A DNA stretch of 64,000 bases, taken from NCBI GenBank assembly GCA_016190935.1, contig JACPPP010000046.1, positions 20,317 through 84,316 of the forward strand. The letters are read 5' to 3'. The first letter of the stretch is position 1; each line of letters opens with the position of its first letter. Shown here piece by piece: positions 35,300-44,810 of the stretch. The position numbers and the translations under genes are program-made. The notes under the pieces are model-generated. The model had not been told where the DNA came from. It searched no databases and saw nothing but the letters and a program-made list of their open reading frames with translations. The stretch is from Armatimonadota bacterium (GTDB lineage Bacteria; Armatimonadota; UBA5829; DTLH01).

Positions 35300-37912
35300 A
35301 TGCTGTACCGCTGCTTGTCAGTCTGCTTCATACTACTATTCACGGCCGTTCCGCCCGCCCCCGCGGGACAGTGGTACTCTGGTATCATTCACGTTCACAC
35401 GACGTTTTCCGACGGATCGGACAACGTTCCCCAGCGTGTGGAACTGGCAAAGAAGCTCGGGTACAAGTTCGTCATCATCACTGACCACTACGAGCAAATC
35501 GGCTCGCCTGAAAAGGTTTCTCTCAGGTATGTTGCCGCCAATCCGCGCGGAGTTGACGTCGGCTTTCCGGACTATGTGCGCAATTGCGGCGAGCAGACCC
35601 GCGACGGCTCATTTGTAGCCATTCCTGGAGCGGAGATTCAGACGATTTGGCACGCTGAACCTGACACGACTGATGCGTCTCACACAGTTGCCCTCGGAAG
35701 CGTCGGCACATCTGGTGATGACAAGCTCATCAAGATGTTTTCGGAGGCGGATCGCCAGGAGGATGTGATCAAGTGGGTCGACAAGCACCATCTGCTTTCC
35801 GTGGCTGCTCATCCGACGCTGATCTCGACGAAATCAGCGACCATCACGCCCTGGGAGTGGCAGCGCAACCGCTACGATCTGCGCAAGCCGGATAGGTACG
35901 TGGGTATCAGGGGGGTGGAATTCTTCAACTCTCAGACCGATCAGCAGAACCACGATGTGCTGGCCTGGTACCTGTCTCTACTCAGAGAGGAGATGAAGAA
36001 ACCCAAGGATAAGCGCAAACCCATATTCGTAACGGCTGGCTGCGACAGCCACGGCTGGAAAGACCCCAACGACCTCGAACGCTGGCTGCGTGGCACATAC
36101 GTGTGGGCTAACGGCCTCAGTACCAGTGGGATTCTTGATGCCCTCGCAAGTGGACGTTCTTACGCATCGACAGGCGGCGTTTACCTCAAAGAAATGAATT
36201 ATCTCCCCGGGGAGCCGGTCCAGAATGTTGATACGCCAACCTTTCGCTTCACGGTAGCCTTTCCAAGCCGTTCCACATCATTTCTCCTCACCTTATCAAA
36301 AAGCTACGGCATCCCTCTGAAGCTGGTGGCGGACTTGATTGGTGAGAGTAACGTGACTACCACCATAATGACGTACCGGGACGGCGAATTAGTGCCGGAG
36401 TCCCGCGCAACGTTCAAGGGTATGCCGACCAGCGTCAAGTACACCTGGACGGACAAGACGGCGGCTCCCGGCGAGCACTGGTACGTGCTGTGGGTGGATG
36501 GAAGGCTGGTCACATCCCCAATCAGGCTAGAGACTACAGGGCGAGCCGAAGACATGCAGAGCTTTCGCCAGGGAACTATGCTCTTTGTGCGAGGTGGAAA
36601 CATCTGGCGGGCTGATCTCACTGCTGGCAAAGCTACCTTAGTCGCGAGAAACGGAAGGCATCCGGCTTGGAACCCTGACAACAGAATTGTGCTGTTCACA
36701 CGGTTGCTGTCGGGCGCATGGGACAAGAGCCTAAGCGTGCGCATAGATTCCTGGGGCCTGTTCAGCCATGATCTCGCGGAGGGCAAGACGGCCAGGATTG
36801 GCAAGCTATCCTCCGAACAGCCGATAACAGCCGCTCGATCAGCGAGAGACGGAGAACTGATCTACCAGTATGCCAATTTCAAAGGCCAGCCGGAACTGTA
36901 TCGATTCCCAGGGATTGCGGGCCGCGATGTCAGGTTCCAGTCGGCTCTCTCTACTGCACAGTACCATTGGGGTGCCTCAATTTCAGGCGACGGGAAATGG
37001 CTGGCTTACCAAGGAGGAGGGGTTGACAGCCGCTATAATACGATAGCCATCTCTGATCTGGCGGAGCTTCAGGTTCGAATTGCCAAGCCGCTCAATCCTA
37101 CGGTCATTTACGGAGCAGGCGGGACGGCGTGGTCTCCGGATAACAGGTGGATCGCAATCGCCGACTCGGATGGCAATCTCTTGAAGATGAGCTTGGAGGG
37201 CTCAGTCACGACACTGGTTCATGGCAATCGGTCGTTCCGAGTGCTACGCCCTACGATCTCGCCCGACGGTCGAGCGGTTGCGTTTGAAGCCCAAGGGCAG
37301 ATATGGGTCTGCGCGGTGTCAGGTGGAGACGCGCAAGTGCTCGTTGCACATGCTACAGAGCCATGCTGGCAACATCAGGCGGTCGCAGTGAGAAGGAAAC
37401 CACAGCGGCAGCACGCCCCGATCACAAAAACCCTTCCGCGCACGGCCCAGTTCCCGGACAGTACGTACCTTGGTACAGTTAGAGTACGAGAGACGTGGAC
37501 GGCTGTGAGGCACCGCTTAGGCGATCATTACAGGGTTCTGCGCGGCACTGGCGACGATATCACGGTAAAGGTTGCATATTCGGACCCGCGGCAAGATGCC
37601 GCTTTGATAATCGGCATGGACGGGACAAAGCTCTCGGACAGCAGCGTGGTGTCTCTCATCAAGCTTGAGAGGACGCAGGGCCGCCGCTTTCCAAAGGCAC
37701 GGGTCGCCTTTGCTGCAGCGGGCAACGCACGCGGTGTGAGGCTGGGCGATTCCCTATCAGATATCCACGCGGCTCACCCGGGCGAACCCCGTTCCGAATG
37801 GCATGGGGACTACCAATATGCGGTCCAATCCCCACATGACTGGCCGTGTTACGTGCATTACCGGGTCAGCGGCGGGAAGGTGACCGCGATGAGTAGCGGC
37901 TATACCCCATGA
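35300..37912 (+). CDS. Secreted PHP-domain phosphoesterase fused to TolB-like beta-propeller (PD40/WD40-like repeats)
   Basis: Signal peptide MLYRCLSVCFILLFTAVPPAPAG. PHP motif IIHVHTTFSDGSD...ITDH. C-terminal repeats of WSPDNRWIAIADSDG / ISPDGRAVAFEAQGQIW type. RBS gggagg before ATG 35300. Confidence 0.65.
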   Translation: MLYRCLSVCFILLFTAVPPAPAGQWYSGIIHVHTTFSDGSDNVPQRVELAKKLGYKFVIITDHYEQIGSPEKVSLRYVAANPRGVDVGFPDYVRNCGEQTRDGSFVAIPGAEIQTIWHAEPDTTDASHTVALGSVGTSGDDKLIKMFSEADRQEDVIKWVDKHHLLSVAAHPTLISTKSATITPWEWQRNRYDLRKPDRYVGIRGVEFFNSQTDQQNHDVLAWYLSLLREEMKKPKDKRKPIFVTAGCDSHGWKDPNDLERWLRGTYVWANGLSTSGILDALASGRSYASTGGVYLKEMNYLPGEPVQNVDTPTFRFTVAFPSRSTSFLLTLSKSYGIPLKLVADLIGESNVTTTIMTYRDGELVPESRATFKGMPTSVKYTWTDKTAAPGEHWYVLWVDGRLVTSPIRLETTGRAEDMQSFRQGTMLFVRGGNIWRADLTAGKATLVARNGRHPAWNPDNRIVLFTRLLSGAWDKSLSVRIDSWGLFSHDLAEGKTARIGKLSSEQPITAARSARDGELIYQYANFKGQPELYRFPGIAGRDVRFQSALSTAQYHWGASISGDGKWLAYQGGGVDSRYNTIAISDLAELQVRIAKPLNPTVIYGAGGTAWSPDNRWIAIADSDGNLLKMSLEGSVTTLVHGNRSFRVLRPTISPDGRAVAFEAQGQIWVCAVSGGDAQVLVAHATEPCWQHQAVAVRRKPQRQHAPITKTLPRTAQFPDSTYLGTVRVRETWTAVRHRLGDHYRVLRGTGDDITVKVAYSDPRQDAALIIGMDGTKLSDSSVVSLIKLERTQGRRFPKARVAFAAAGNARGVRLGDSLSDIHAAHPGEPRSEWHGDYQYAVQSPHDWPCYVHYRVSGGKVTAMSSGYTP

Positions 37913-38208
37913 CTTCGGTCCCCCGGCTGAGCCTAAACTTGGACGTCTCACATGTGGGGCCGGGACAAGAAGGGAGTTGGTGGGTCATAATGCTGGACGT
38001 GATCGGTCTGGCCACTGCTGTTTCCCGTCTTACAGGCTATAACATTGGGGACGTCATCGGTTGGCTTCGCAAGCGCCAGTTCTCGACGGCGCCCATGACC
38101 GTGACCACAGCCAGGCTGCTGGAGACCCTGACAAGACCAGACGACGAACTCACCGGTTGTTGGTACGTCTCGCAGTGGCGTTATCTATGGAGAAGTGCTC
38201 CCGCCTGA
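37909..38208 (+). CDS. Small hypothetical protein, ATGA-coupled to the PHP/TolB gene
   Basis: Start ATG overlaps the preceding stop (ATGA). No recognisable domain. Confidence 0.2.
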   Translation: MTSVPRLSLNLDVSHVGPGQEGSWWVIMLDVIGLATAVSRLTGYNIGDVIGWLRKRQFSTAPMTVTTARLLETLTRPDDELTGCWYVSQWRYLWRSAPA

Positions 38209-38495
38209 CAGTGGACAGAAGCGCCCTTCCATGTCGACGGGTACCTGTATGGGCCTTATAGGTTCCCCGACGAAAGATAGATAGAAATGTACGCTCGTCC
38301 TCAACTATTCACCTCGCCGAACGAGAAGGAGATGGGTGCCAAGACGCCTGAGAGACTTCTACAGCCGACGCCGGGCAATCGTTGACGGGCGGTGTACAAT
38401 GTTGAGCTTCACAGAGGTGCTCTCGGTGTTGCGTCTGCCCGCTGCCTTGTGCTTATGAACTCCGGTCACCGTCCACATACGGGACGCACGTCGGG

Positions 38496-38551
38496 TATCT
38501 GGAGTAACAAGAAGAATGAAAAGAGGAGGGACTCCTTGGCGGACATCCCTC
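38496..38551 (-). terminator. Candidate intrinsic terminator for the VWA-MoxR-nuclease operon (7-bp stem ggaggga/tccctcc followed by a U-rich tract on the minus strand)
   Basis: Plus strand 38524-38551 ggagggactccttggcggacatccctcc. On the minus strand the stem-loop is followed by tcttttcattcttctt. Confidence 0.3.
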
Positions 38552-38643
38552 CTTGACTCCCTGAACTCCGCGTTCTCTTTCCGCGTGGACATATGGCGCC
38601 TCCAGCCCCACGGGTACCTACGCGCCTTAGCCAGGGATTGGGA

Positions 38644-40194
38644 CTACGCACCCCGAATTGCTCTCAGGATGTTGCCAAGCTTCCAGGGGAGCTCGTCGGA
38701 GTTGCAGCAGACGATCCGGTCTTCGCCGAACATGTCCGTGACGTACCCTTCTGTGGTCTCATCCGGGTCCAGAAGGACTCCGATGACTTCCACCTTTCCA
38801 CGCAACTCCCGACAGACTCTCTTCCCGAGTTCGGCGTCGTTACACGCCCCGTCCGTAAGGCAGAGAACAAGCCTGATGCTCTCGGAACGGAGAGTCATAG
38901 GCACGGCGTGCGTTTGTATAGCCCGGCCCATGTCCTCGTAGCCGCAGCGCGCGGGAACAAGCCCGGCGACCAGTGCTTTGCCCCTCTCGCCTACCGCCGA
39001 GTCGGCGATCCTGAGGTTCTGAGGTGTGACCATGATCTCGTGGGGTATCCGAAGCTCCGTGCATACCAGATGCAGTGCCATGACAGCCCCGGCGACGGAC
39101 TCGATTCTGCTCGTGCCTGCGGAGTTGTGATTGAGCGAGGTCGAATGGTCAACGATCACCTTGAGCACCAGCGTGGGAGGAGCTTTGGGGCCGGCCTCCT
39201 CGGTCAGAAACGGTCGGTTCATATCCTTCAGATAGTCTCTCATCGAAAACCTGCCACCCCTTTCGGCCGGTTCCAGCCGGCAGGGCGACTCCTCCCACGA
39301 CAGTTCGTCGATCAGCTCCTGGACGAGCGGCGTCACCTTCTCCTCAAGCTGGATGTACGGCTTCGGTTCGATCGCTTCGTAGCCGCTTCCTTCTCTCCTG
39401 TCGTTGGGCAGAACTTCGCCGTCGAAAGGCTCCGGTTCGACCGGGCTATCGGACGTCGCGGTGCTCGAACCAAGTGGTCTGCCACACACTTTCTCGGCCT
39501 CGTCACCCGCGATCCTCTCGCCCTCGATGTGCCCGAGCCTGTCCATCAGGTCCGTAACCCACGGCGCGATATCTAGTTCGTGGATCCCGAGCAGTTCCAC
39601 AATCTTCTCCGAGTTGCGATAGACGACCTCAGCAGTGTCCGCCTCCCAGGACTCATAGACAAGCGGTTCGACCTTCTTCCAGATGGCCTGGTTTCTGGCG
39701 GAGAGACCGCCTTTCACCGGCTGGCCTGCCCTTCTCGCCCAGCGAAGTTGCAGGAAGTAGGCGACGACCTCGCCCGGACAGTCGGAAGTCTCGTCTATCG
39801 GCTTGGAATCCAGGTAGAACCTGTCGGAGAGCTTCTGGACGAGCCATCTGACTCCCGCAAACTCCTCGCTCATCCGCCGCTCAACCCTTTCGTCCTCCAG
39901 GATGTTTGCCACTCGCTTCACCAGCTCCGGAACCCTCTCAGGGTCGGTGAACCGGCGGTGTCCCGCCTCGTGCACCAGAAGAGCCTTGGTGAGCTGATAC
40001 TGCTCCGCCGCCGGCGCGGGGAAGATGTCGGGGTTGACGGCAATCCGCCGAGCGGTGAAATTGCAGTAGCCGCTCGGACAGCGGCTGCGGTCCGGCTCGA
40101 TAACAACGCGGTATGGCGCGACGCCCTGCATCGCCCGGCCAAAGACGATCAGCCGGTTTCTGATATTGTCCCATTCGTACCAGGGAACAGCCAT
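38644..40194 (-). CDS. DUF2201-type protein: N-terminal putative metallopeptidase-like domain (HEAGH) + C-terminal von Willebrand factor A (VWA) domain; MoxR partner
   Basis: LLVHEAGHRRFTD HExxH-like motif. C-terminal VWA with MIDAS-like VIVDHSTSLNHNS and LVLCLTDGACND. Start at Met 40194 (MAVPWYEWD) preceded by an aaggagg RBS. Confidence 0.65.
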   Translation of the reverse strand: MAVPWYEWDNIRNRLIVFGRAMQGVAPYRVVIEPDRSRCPSGYCNFTARRIAVNPDIFPAPAAEQYQLTKALLVHEAGHRRFTDPERVPELVKRVANILEDERVERRMSEEFAGVRWLVQKLSDRFYLDSKPIDETSDCPGEVVAYFLQLRWARRAGQPVKGGLSARNQAIWKKVEPLVYESWEADTAEVVYRNSEKIVELLGIHELDIAPWVTDLMDRLGHIEGERIAGDEAEKVCGRPLGSSTATSDSPVEPEPFDGEVLPNDRREGSGYEAIEPKPYIQLEEKVTPLVQELIDELSWEESPCRLEPAERGGRFSMRDYLKDMNRPFLTEEAGPKAPPTLVLKVIVDHSTSLNHNSAGTSRIESVAGAVMALHLVCTELRIPHEIMVTPQNLRIADSAVGERGKALVAGLVPARCGYEDMGRAIQTHAVPMTLRSESIRLVLCLTDGACNDAELGKRVCRELRGKVEVIGVLLDPDETTEGYVTDMFGEDRIVCCNSDELPWKLGNILRAIRGA

Positions 40195-40274
40195 TTCGGT
40201 TTTTCCTCCTTGCATAAAAGAATCGGGCCGCCCGAGTTGAGCGGCCCATAGAGTTACGGTTTTGTTTGCCTTAC

Positions 40275-41783
40275 CTACTTGGGCGTGTGAGCCTCGATCA
40301 GGTCGAGAAGCTGGTTGGCGATATCCTCCCGCAGATAGCCGTCCGCATCGGTTCCCGCCACCTGGTGCATCCAGGTGACCTTCGCCGCAGCTTTCAGCCT
40401 GGAGAGAACGGACTTGCCTTTCCCGCCCTTGCACTTCGTCGCCCAGGCAAAGAGCCCTCTCGGCGTGATCTCGCCGGCTAGCTCGCGGTTTCGCCTGAGC
40501 CTTCTGGTCTCGTTCGCCACTTTGACCATGACCGCCGCTGTATCGCGGTCGATCCCTGTCTCCGTGACAAGAAGATCCTCTTCGTCTTTGGGCGCAAGGT
40601 AACGGAACTCCAGCACGCAGGAGAAACGGTTGAGCAAGGCGGTGTCCAGAGCGTTGATCGCGTAACCTTTGCCCAGGTTCATCGCCATCACCGTCTGGAA
40701 CCCGGTCCTCACCTTCACTTCCTCCGACCCGTGCTCGGTCAGCACGACAGCACCGCGTGATAGGACCCCAAGAAGGATGTTCAGCGTCCTCGTGGGCATT
40801 CGGTTCGCCTCGTCGATGAACAGGTATCCTCCGGCCCTCATAGCCTGGACCAGGACCCCGTCCTTCCAGTGGAACCCGCCCCTGCCGTCGGGCACGAAGC
40901 CGCCCAGCAGATCGAACTCCTTCATGGATTCGTGGCCTTCGATGACGGAGACCGGCTTGCCAGATCTCGCCCTGTCGAAGGCCTCGAATGCGCAGAGCGA
41001 TTTGCCGGTGGCTGTAGGTCCGACCAGCAGGCAGTGCATCCCGAGTTCCAAGCTCTCGACGAGTTCGGCAAGCTGTGGGCCGCGGAAACGGCTTTTGACC
41101 GCTGCTGGCGCGGGCAGTTCCTCGGACAATGGCGCTTCTGCGCCGCTGCGATAACCCCTCAGTTTCGCCGCGTCGGTCAGCACCTGGGGATCGAGTGGTT
41201 CAGCCACTGCGACCTCAGGCGGGTAGGTGGCGTCCCGGATCTCGAAGGAGTCGAGCCTCTCCGGATCGTTTATGGCATCGCCCCCCCGCCACTTGGCCCA
41301 GTAGTAGAGCTCGTCTGCAAGATGCATCAGAAGCTCAAGATGCCAGTCGTCGACGGCGGGCGACGCAGCGCGATACACCAGCATTTCCTCGAGCGCGTCA
41401 AGTAAATCGCCGGCCTCGTCTTTGCAGACCAGGGCCTCGCCCAGAAGCAGCAGTCCGAGATGGTAGGTGACGTGTCCTTTTGGCAGGTAAACCTTGTTCC
41501 CTACCAGATAGCAGTGGTGGAAGTCGCTGCCCGACTGGGAAAGCGACCTCACCATCACGACTCCTTCCGGTTCAAGCCTCGAGACGCCGATGACGTCTCC
41601 TTTCAGTGCGACTACGCAGGCTTTGCAGAGCATGGCCGAAAGATGGCCAACGGCCCTGGTGTTCCGCCTGGCAGGGTAAGTGATCTCCTGGCCGCCACGA
41701 AGCTCGGGGAAGATGTCTACCTCTCGCTTTCGGGAGAACAGTATCTGAGTCACGGTTCTTCTGTCTTCGGCTGCAAAGGCCAT
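40275..41783 (-). CDS. MoxR-family AAA+ ATPase with an about 240-aa uncharacterised N-terminal extension
   Basis: Walker A CLLVGPTATGKSLCAFEA, Walker B GGYLFIDEANRMP, sensor region TVMAMNLGKGYAINALDTALLNRF, typical of MoxR/AAA_5. Confidence 0.7.
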   Translation of the reverse strand: MAFAAEDRRTVTQILFSRKREVDIFPELRGGQEITYPARRNTRAVGHLSAMLCKACVVALKGDVIGVSRLEPEGVVMVRSLSQSGSDFHHCYLVGNKVYLPKGHVTYHLGLLLLGEALVCKDEAGDLLDALEEMLVYRAASPAVDDWHLELLMHLADELYYWAKWRGGDAINDPERLDSFEIRDATYPPEVAVAEPLDPQVLTDAAKLRGYRSGAEAPLSEELPAPAAVKSRFRGPQLAELVESLELGMHCLLVGPTATGKSLCAFEAFDRARSGKPVSVIEGHESMKEFDLLGGFVPDGRGGFHWKDGVLVQAMRAGGYLFIDEANRMPTRTLNILLGVLSRGAVVLTEHGSEEVKVRTGFQTVMAMNLGKGYAINALDTALLNRFSCVLEFRYLAPKDEEDLLVTETGIDRDTAAVMVKVANETRRLRRNRELAGEITPRGLFAWATKCKGGKGKSVLSRLKAAAKVTWMHQVAGTDADGYLREDIANQLLDLIEAHTPK

Positions 41784-41789
41784 GGCTTG

Positions 41790-42587
41790 TCACTTCGGCC
41801 TCCTTCCCATCGCCTTGAGTACTGCGTCGGTTCTTGCCTCTTCTCTTCGCTTCAGTTCGGATGGCTTAGGCACGCCGTTCGGCCAGCAGGTGCCGGTGAA
41901 CGGACAGTAGCCGTCGCACTGCCACAGGCCCTCCAAGGTCACCCTCTCCGGGAGCTTTCCACCGTCAAGGGCGGCCTTCAGGTTCTTGAGCCTGGGTGTG
42001 AGCCAGCCCAGAACCTGCCTCACGCCCATCACCTGGACATCGACGCGTTTGACCTCGCTCATGTCGAAGTAAACGATCTCCAGCCTGTCTACCTCGTAGT
42101 GGGGCATCGCCAGATACCGGTACAGGTTGACCTGAAGAGCATGGTTCGCATACGGCTTGTCGTCCTTGGGGATTCTCTTTGTGCTCTTGTAGTCGACGAG
42201 CTTTCCGTGCTGGGGATAGATGACATCAGGATGGCCCGACAGGACGATCCCTGCCACGCTACGCTCGAACCTCCGCTCGCAGATTGCGCCGTCGGACTGA
42301 GCCTGAGCAATCACGGCGTGGAAGAGCTGGCCCCGGAAGGCGTAGTAGAGCTGGGAGGGGTCGAGGTAGATGTCAATTCGTGCTTCCAGCGCCACTTTCC
42401 GCAGGCAGTTGAGCAGGGAGGATACGGACAACCCCGCCTCCTCTCGGATGTTACGCTGCATGGCCGAGAGGATTGGATAGTCGAACTGGCAGGGATTCTC
42501 GTGCGAGGCGGCACATTCCAGACATTCGTCGAAGAGCAGGTCGCCCTTGCCCTTCGGACAGCGAAATCCTCTAATCACGTTTTTCAC
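41790..42587 (-). CDS. Cas4/RecB-like PD-(D/E)xK nuclease with four-cysteine (Fe-S-type) cluster
   Basis: GHPDVIYPQHGKLVDYKSTK (D...DxK). N-terminal Cys (CPKG...CLEC...C) plus C-terminal CDGYCPFTGTC (C-x3-C-x5-C), as in Cas4/AddB-type nucleases. Confidence 0.55.
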   Translation of the reverse strand: MKNVIRGFRCPKGKGDLLFDECLECAASHENPCQFDYPILSAMQRNIREEAGLSVSSLLNCLRKVALEARIDIYLDPSQLYYAFRGQLFHAVIAQAQSDGAICERRFERSVAGIVLSGHPDVIYPQHGKLVDYKSTKRIPKDDKPYANHALQVNLYRYLAMPHYEVDRLEIVYFDMSEVKRVDVQVMGVRQVLGWLTPRLKNLKAALDGGKLPERVTLEGLWQCDGYCPFTGTCWPNGVPKPSELKRREEARTDAVLKAMGRRPK

Positions 42588-42668
42588 CTCTTTCTGAGTG
42601 TGGAGTAAAGGAGGCCGATCCTCCCTGTGGGGGAAGATCGGCCAGAGTGGTGGTGGCCCCGGCGGGAT

Positions 42669-43046
42669 CTATGCAGCGTGTTCCTTGTAGTTCGGACAGC
42701 TCCAGAATGGGCCGTATTTGCCCTGGCGCTCCGTAACCGGGGAGCCGCAGGTGCGGCCGTTCTTCAGCTTCAGGTTGCAGCGCCTCTCGCCGTCCTCGTC
42801 GAGATAGGTCTTCTCGGGCCTTTCCTCCTCCTCGGAGTTGCCATGGTTCTCCTCCGGGACATAGCTTCTTCGCCTGAGCGGCACGCCCCCGGACTTCAAG
42901 ATACCAACCATGGTCTTCTTTGCCCTCGTCTCCAGCGCGGCTTCATCCTCATCACGAAGCGTGATCTGACACTCGAAGCCCTCTTTCGCATGGTAGACCG
43001 TGTTCCAGCTTGCCTGCGCCTCGTCCAAGTTTCTCACCTCCTTCAT
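42669..43046 (-). CDS. Small protein with topoisomerase-I-type C4 zinc-ribbon (CNLKLKNGRTCG...GKYGPFWSCPNY)
   Basis: C-terminal motif closely matches the Zn-ribbon found at the C-terminus of bacterial topoisomerase I/III (GKYGxFWxCxxYP). Confidence 0.4.
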   Translation of the reverse strand: MKEVRNLDEAQASWNTVYHAKEGFECQITLRDEDEAALETRAKKTMVGILKSGGVPLRRRSYVPEENHGNSEEEERPEKTYLDEDGERRCNLKLKNGRTCGSPVTERQGKYGPFWSCPNYKEHAA

Positions 43047-43368
43047 TTCCAGATGTCTGCTCCCGTCTGCTCGTTTCTTATGGCGAATACCTGGCCAAGA
43101 GTCCAGTCGACGCCTTCCCGCATCCGCAAGTCTTCGTCCCAGACTTCGGTCACAGCAGTCTCTGCTGCTTGCTCCGCCTCGCCTTCCGCGTCGGCTACGA
43201 CGCTCACAGAGACGGTAACGTCAAAGCACACTGTCCAGCGAGTCATTTCCTCGCCTCCATCCAGGCGTTTTCGTTGTAAGGTTCTGAGTTCCAGATTAAC
43301 CCATTGCAGCCTCAAGACAAGGGGGGACGATTTGCCGCTGCCGGCAACAGCGCCCTGCTTTTCCAGAA

Positions 43369-44673
43369 GTGGCCGGGTGCTATAGTGGGTCCATGAGAGC
43401 AGACTGCCATGAAGACAATTCGATCACCCCCTTCGGGGTCACCGACTACCGGGACACGAGGCTCAGGTTCGGCATCAAGCGGAAGGATCGCCGGGGCCAT
43501 ATGTATGTCATCGGCCAGACGGGGACGGGCAAGTCCACGCTGATCGAGAATATGGCCATCTCGGACATCCTGCGGGGGGAGGGACTGGCCCTCATCGACC
43601 CGCACGGCGACCTGGCGGAGAGCCTTCTCGACTCGGTGCCCGAGAAAAGGTTGGAGGATGTCATCTACTTCAACGCGGCCGACTCCGAGTATCCCGTGGG
43701 CATCAACCCTCTGGACAAGGTGAATGCCGATCTCCGGTCCCTTGTCGCCTCCGGCCTCATTTCAGTGTTCAAGAAGATCTGGCCCGATTTCTGGGGTCCA
43801 AGGTTGGAGCACATCCTGAGGTACTCGTTGCTGACACTCCTTGAGCGCCCCGATAGCACGCTTCAAGACGTGCCGCCGCTCCTGACGGACAAGGGATTTC
43901 GGACGAAAGTGCTGAAGAGCGTCACCGACCGGCAGGTGCACAGCTTCTGGCTGCTGGAGTTCGACAAGTACACCGCGTGGCTCAAGTCCGAGGCGGTCTC
44001 GCCGGTCCTGAACAAGATGGGGCAGTTCCTGGCAAGCGTGCCGATCAGGAACATCGTCGGCCAGAGCCGCAGCAGCTTCAAGTTGCGGCAAGTGATGGAT
44101 GAGGGGAAGATCCTGATAGTCAGGCTTGCCAAGGGAAGGATCGGGGAAGACAACTGCGCTCTGCTCGGAGCGTTGATAGTCACCAGAATCATGCTCGCGG
44201 CGCTCAGCCGCTCAGACATACCAGAAGGAGAGCGCAGGCCCTTCTATCTCTACGTCGACGAGGTCCACAACTTCTTCACCGACTCGTTCATAGACATGCT
44301 GTCCGAATCCAGGAAGTATGGGCTGTGCCTGGTGCTGGCGCATCAGTATATCGATCAGCTCGACGAGAAGATGCGCTCGGCCATCTTCGGGAACGTAGGA
44401 ACGATCGTCTCCTTCAGGGTTGGAATGACCGACGCCAGAGTACTGGCCCAGCAGTTCGAGCCTGTCTTCGACGGGGCCGACCTCATCGGCCTGCCGAACC
44501 ATCACATCTACCTGAAGCTGATGATAGACGGGGTCACGTCCCGTCCGTTCAGCGCGAAGACACTACCGCCGGCCGCCGGAGCACACTCCTGGAGGAAGGA
44601 AATCACTGAGTTCTCAAGGGCGAAGTACGGGAGGCCGAGGCAGGAAGTCGAGCGTCAACTCATACGCCGGTAG
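43369..44673 (+). CDS. TraD/VirD4-like or HerA/FtsK-superfamily (DUF87-like) ATPase
   Basis: Walker A HMYVIGQTGTGKSTLIENM, Walker B FYLYVDEVHNFF. About 430 aa, divergent from the upstream operon. Confidence 0.5.
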   Translation: MAGCYSGSMRADCHEDNSITPFGVTDYRDTRLRFGIKRKDRRGHMYVIGQTGTGKSTLIENMAISDILRGEGLALIDPHGDLAESLLDSVPEKRLEDVIYFNAADSEYPVGINPLDKVNADLRSLVASGLISVFKKIWPDFWGPRLEHILRYSLLTLLERPDSTLQDVPPLLTDKGFRTKVLKSVTDRQVHSFWLLEFDKYTAWLKSEAVSPVLNKMGQFLASVPIRNIVGQSRSSFKLRQVMDEGKILIVRLAKGRIGEDNCALLGALIVTRIMLAALSRSDIPEGERRPFYLYVDEVHNFFTDSFIDMLSESRKYGLCLVLAHQYIDQLDEKMRSAIFGNVGTIVSFRVGMTDARVLAQQFEPVFDGADLIGLPNHHIYLKLMIDGVTSRPFSAKTLPPAAGAHSWRKEITEFSRAKYGRPRQEVERQLIRR

Positions 44674-44810
44674 CCGCTTCGAGCCGGATGTGCGTCCTGA
44701 CCAATGCCTTGACACATACCCTGACGTCATGGTGTTCTCCGTGAACCCCCGAAGCTCATACCCCAGTTGTCAGCCGGTGCTGGTCGTTCGGACTGCGGGG
44801 CGCTGGAACT

